64,000 nt of DNA from Andalucia godoyi And28 (lineage: Eukaryota; Protista; Jakobida). The stretch lies in NCBI GenBank assembly GCA_009859145.1, contig VRVR01000043.1:120332-184331 (forward strand). Reading direction: 5' to 3'. The translations under genes and the position numbers were made by a program. The notes under the pieces are model-generated. The model searched no databases and was not told where the DNA came from. It saw only the letters and a list, made by a program, of their open reading frames with translations. Below are positions 63,000 to 64,000 of this stretch, in pieces. Numbering within the stretch: position 1 is the stretch's first letter; each line of letters begins with the position of its first letter.

Positions 63000-63809
63000 G
63001 AGACCAGAGTAGTTCATACTGTCTTGATCGTTGCTCAAAGAAGTGCTTGATGAAACCGCAGAGCTCGTCGATCCGTTGCGAGGGACGATCAGCGATCGAG
63101 GTGGCGAGCCAGGGGATGCAAGTGGCATCGTGAGCAAGGAGTTGCTGGACCCTGCACCAGAAGGCAGAGGCGGTGGAGGATTCAAAGAACCGTTTGAGGA
63201 GCCTCCTGCAGATGACCCAACAAGGCGCACAGGACCTACCTTTGTTTGAGGTGCTTGCTGCTGCGAGGATGACGGCTGGAACACCGAGATCGTTGTGGAG
63301 GTCGATGACGCGCTGCTGAGCGAACCTGTTGATGAATGGTGCACATATCCCGAGTTCCCATTACTGGCGGTAGAGCTGGAGCTAGAACTAGAGCTAGAGT
63401 TGGAGTTGGAGTTGCCACTGCCATTGGAGTTGGAGCTGGAGCCAGGAGGGGCACCAGCAGCGTTCAAATTATCGTTTGACGGCTTCTTTCGGGAAGACAC
63501 GGCGCGCTGCACTGCTTCTTCGACAGAGCAGTTTGGCTCGAGAATGAGAATAGCTCTTCCAGCTCGAAGCGTTTCCATAAGCTGAGCAGAATACCCTTCT
63601 TCTCGACCCTCCATCAACGCACGCTCCATGTTTCGGATGTTCGATTCCAATCTCTGGATCTTGCGGTACGGCCATCTCACAATTCGATGCTTACGGCATA
63701 TCGATCGCAAGGAAGATTCGGAAACACCAAGACGCTGCGCAGCGACTTTCAACGGCAGGTGGAAGAACACCTCCAGCTGGTCGAACGTAATGGCATCTGC
63801 AAGCGGCAT
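62241..63809 (-). CDS. RWP-RK domain transcription factor with Q/S/P-rich C-terminus
   Basis: ITFDQLEVFFHLPLKVAAQRLGVSESSLRSICRKHRIVRWPYRKIQ, with poly-S and poly-Q tracts. ATG at 63809. Confidence 0.9.
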
Positions 63810-63939
63810 TCTCTCCCAAAAACAAAACAACAAAAAACAAATGAGCACACGAAGAAAATCAATCCGAGGCGTAAGAACCCGTAGTAAGAACCCAAAAGGG
63901 GGGGAGGGGAGGCCAGCAATATGAAGAAAGGCGATTGAA

Positions 63940-63976
63940 GGGGGGGGGGGGGGGGGGGGGGACGGGGGGGGGCGGG
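63940..63976 (+). repeat. Poly-G tract
   Basis: G22, then AC, G9 and CGGG, upstream of the RWP-RK gene. Confidence 0.85.
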
Positions 63977-64000
63977 AAGGACGGACGAGGACCGAGACGG

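Noticed and set aside
129-63924. The many short antisense or overlapping ORFs in the supplied track
   Set aside because: They are shadow frames of long genes or low-complexity microsatellite translations with no recognisable motifs.
1-64000. tRNA, rRNA, CRISPR arrays, or prokaryotic/viral gene clusters
   Set aside because: None were recognisable. Flanking genes are typical eukaryotic housekeeping genes, so the Fanzor remnants are in host chromosomal DNA rather than a viral insert.

Overview
Compact, intron-poor eukaryotic (protist) nuclear DNA with about 23 protein-coding genes. An axonemal dynein light chain gene indicates a flagellated cell. A jakobid/Discoba-like origin is only a guess from gene density and content. 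Genes include Furry/Tao3-like, a giant Cys-rich membrane protein, HD-domain nucleotidase, UXS, PTPA, dPGM, a GAF/fRMsr-like protein, Cpn10, VPS13-like, DNALI1, BRF1, a BTB protein, a WD40 protein with many xQT motifs, PI31, phytochelatin synthase, PET117 and an RWP-RK factor. The main discovery is in the intergenic DNA: three separate, internally deleted IS607/Fanzor2 (TnpB-like, RNA-guided nuclease) elements. E1 lies at about 32110-33153 (+) and keeps serine-recombinase TnpA remnants. E2 lies at about 41030-41470 (+) and E3 at about 57016-57265 (-). All three have lost nuclease coding capacity but keep a roughly 110-130 nt omegaRNA-like 3' module with three hairpins and a long-range helix showing compensatory base changes between copies. 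Weaker signals include possible retroelement relics, a structured non-coding region, and a eukaryotic protein with a toxin-like RNase motif. All homology calls are by eye from motifs; no database searches or folding programs were run.
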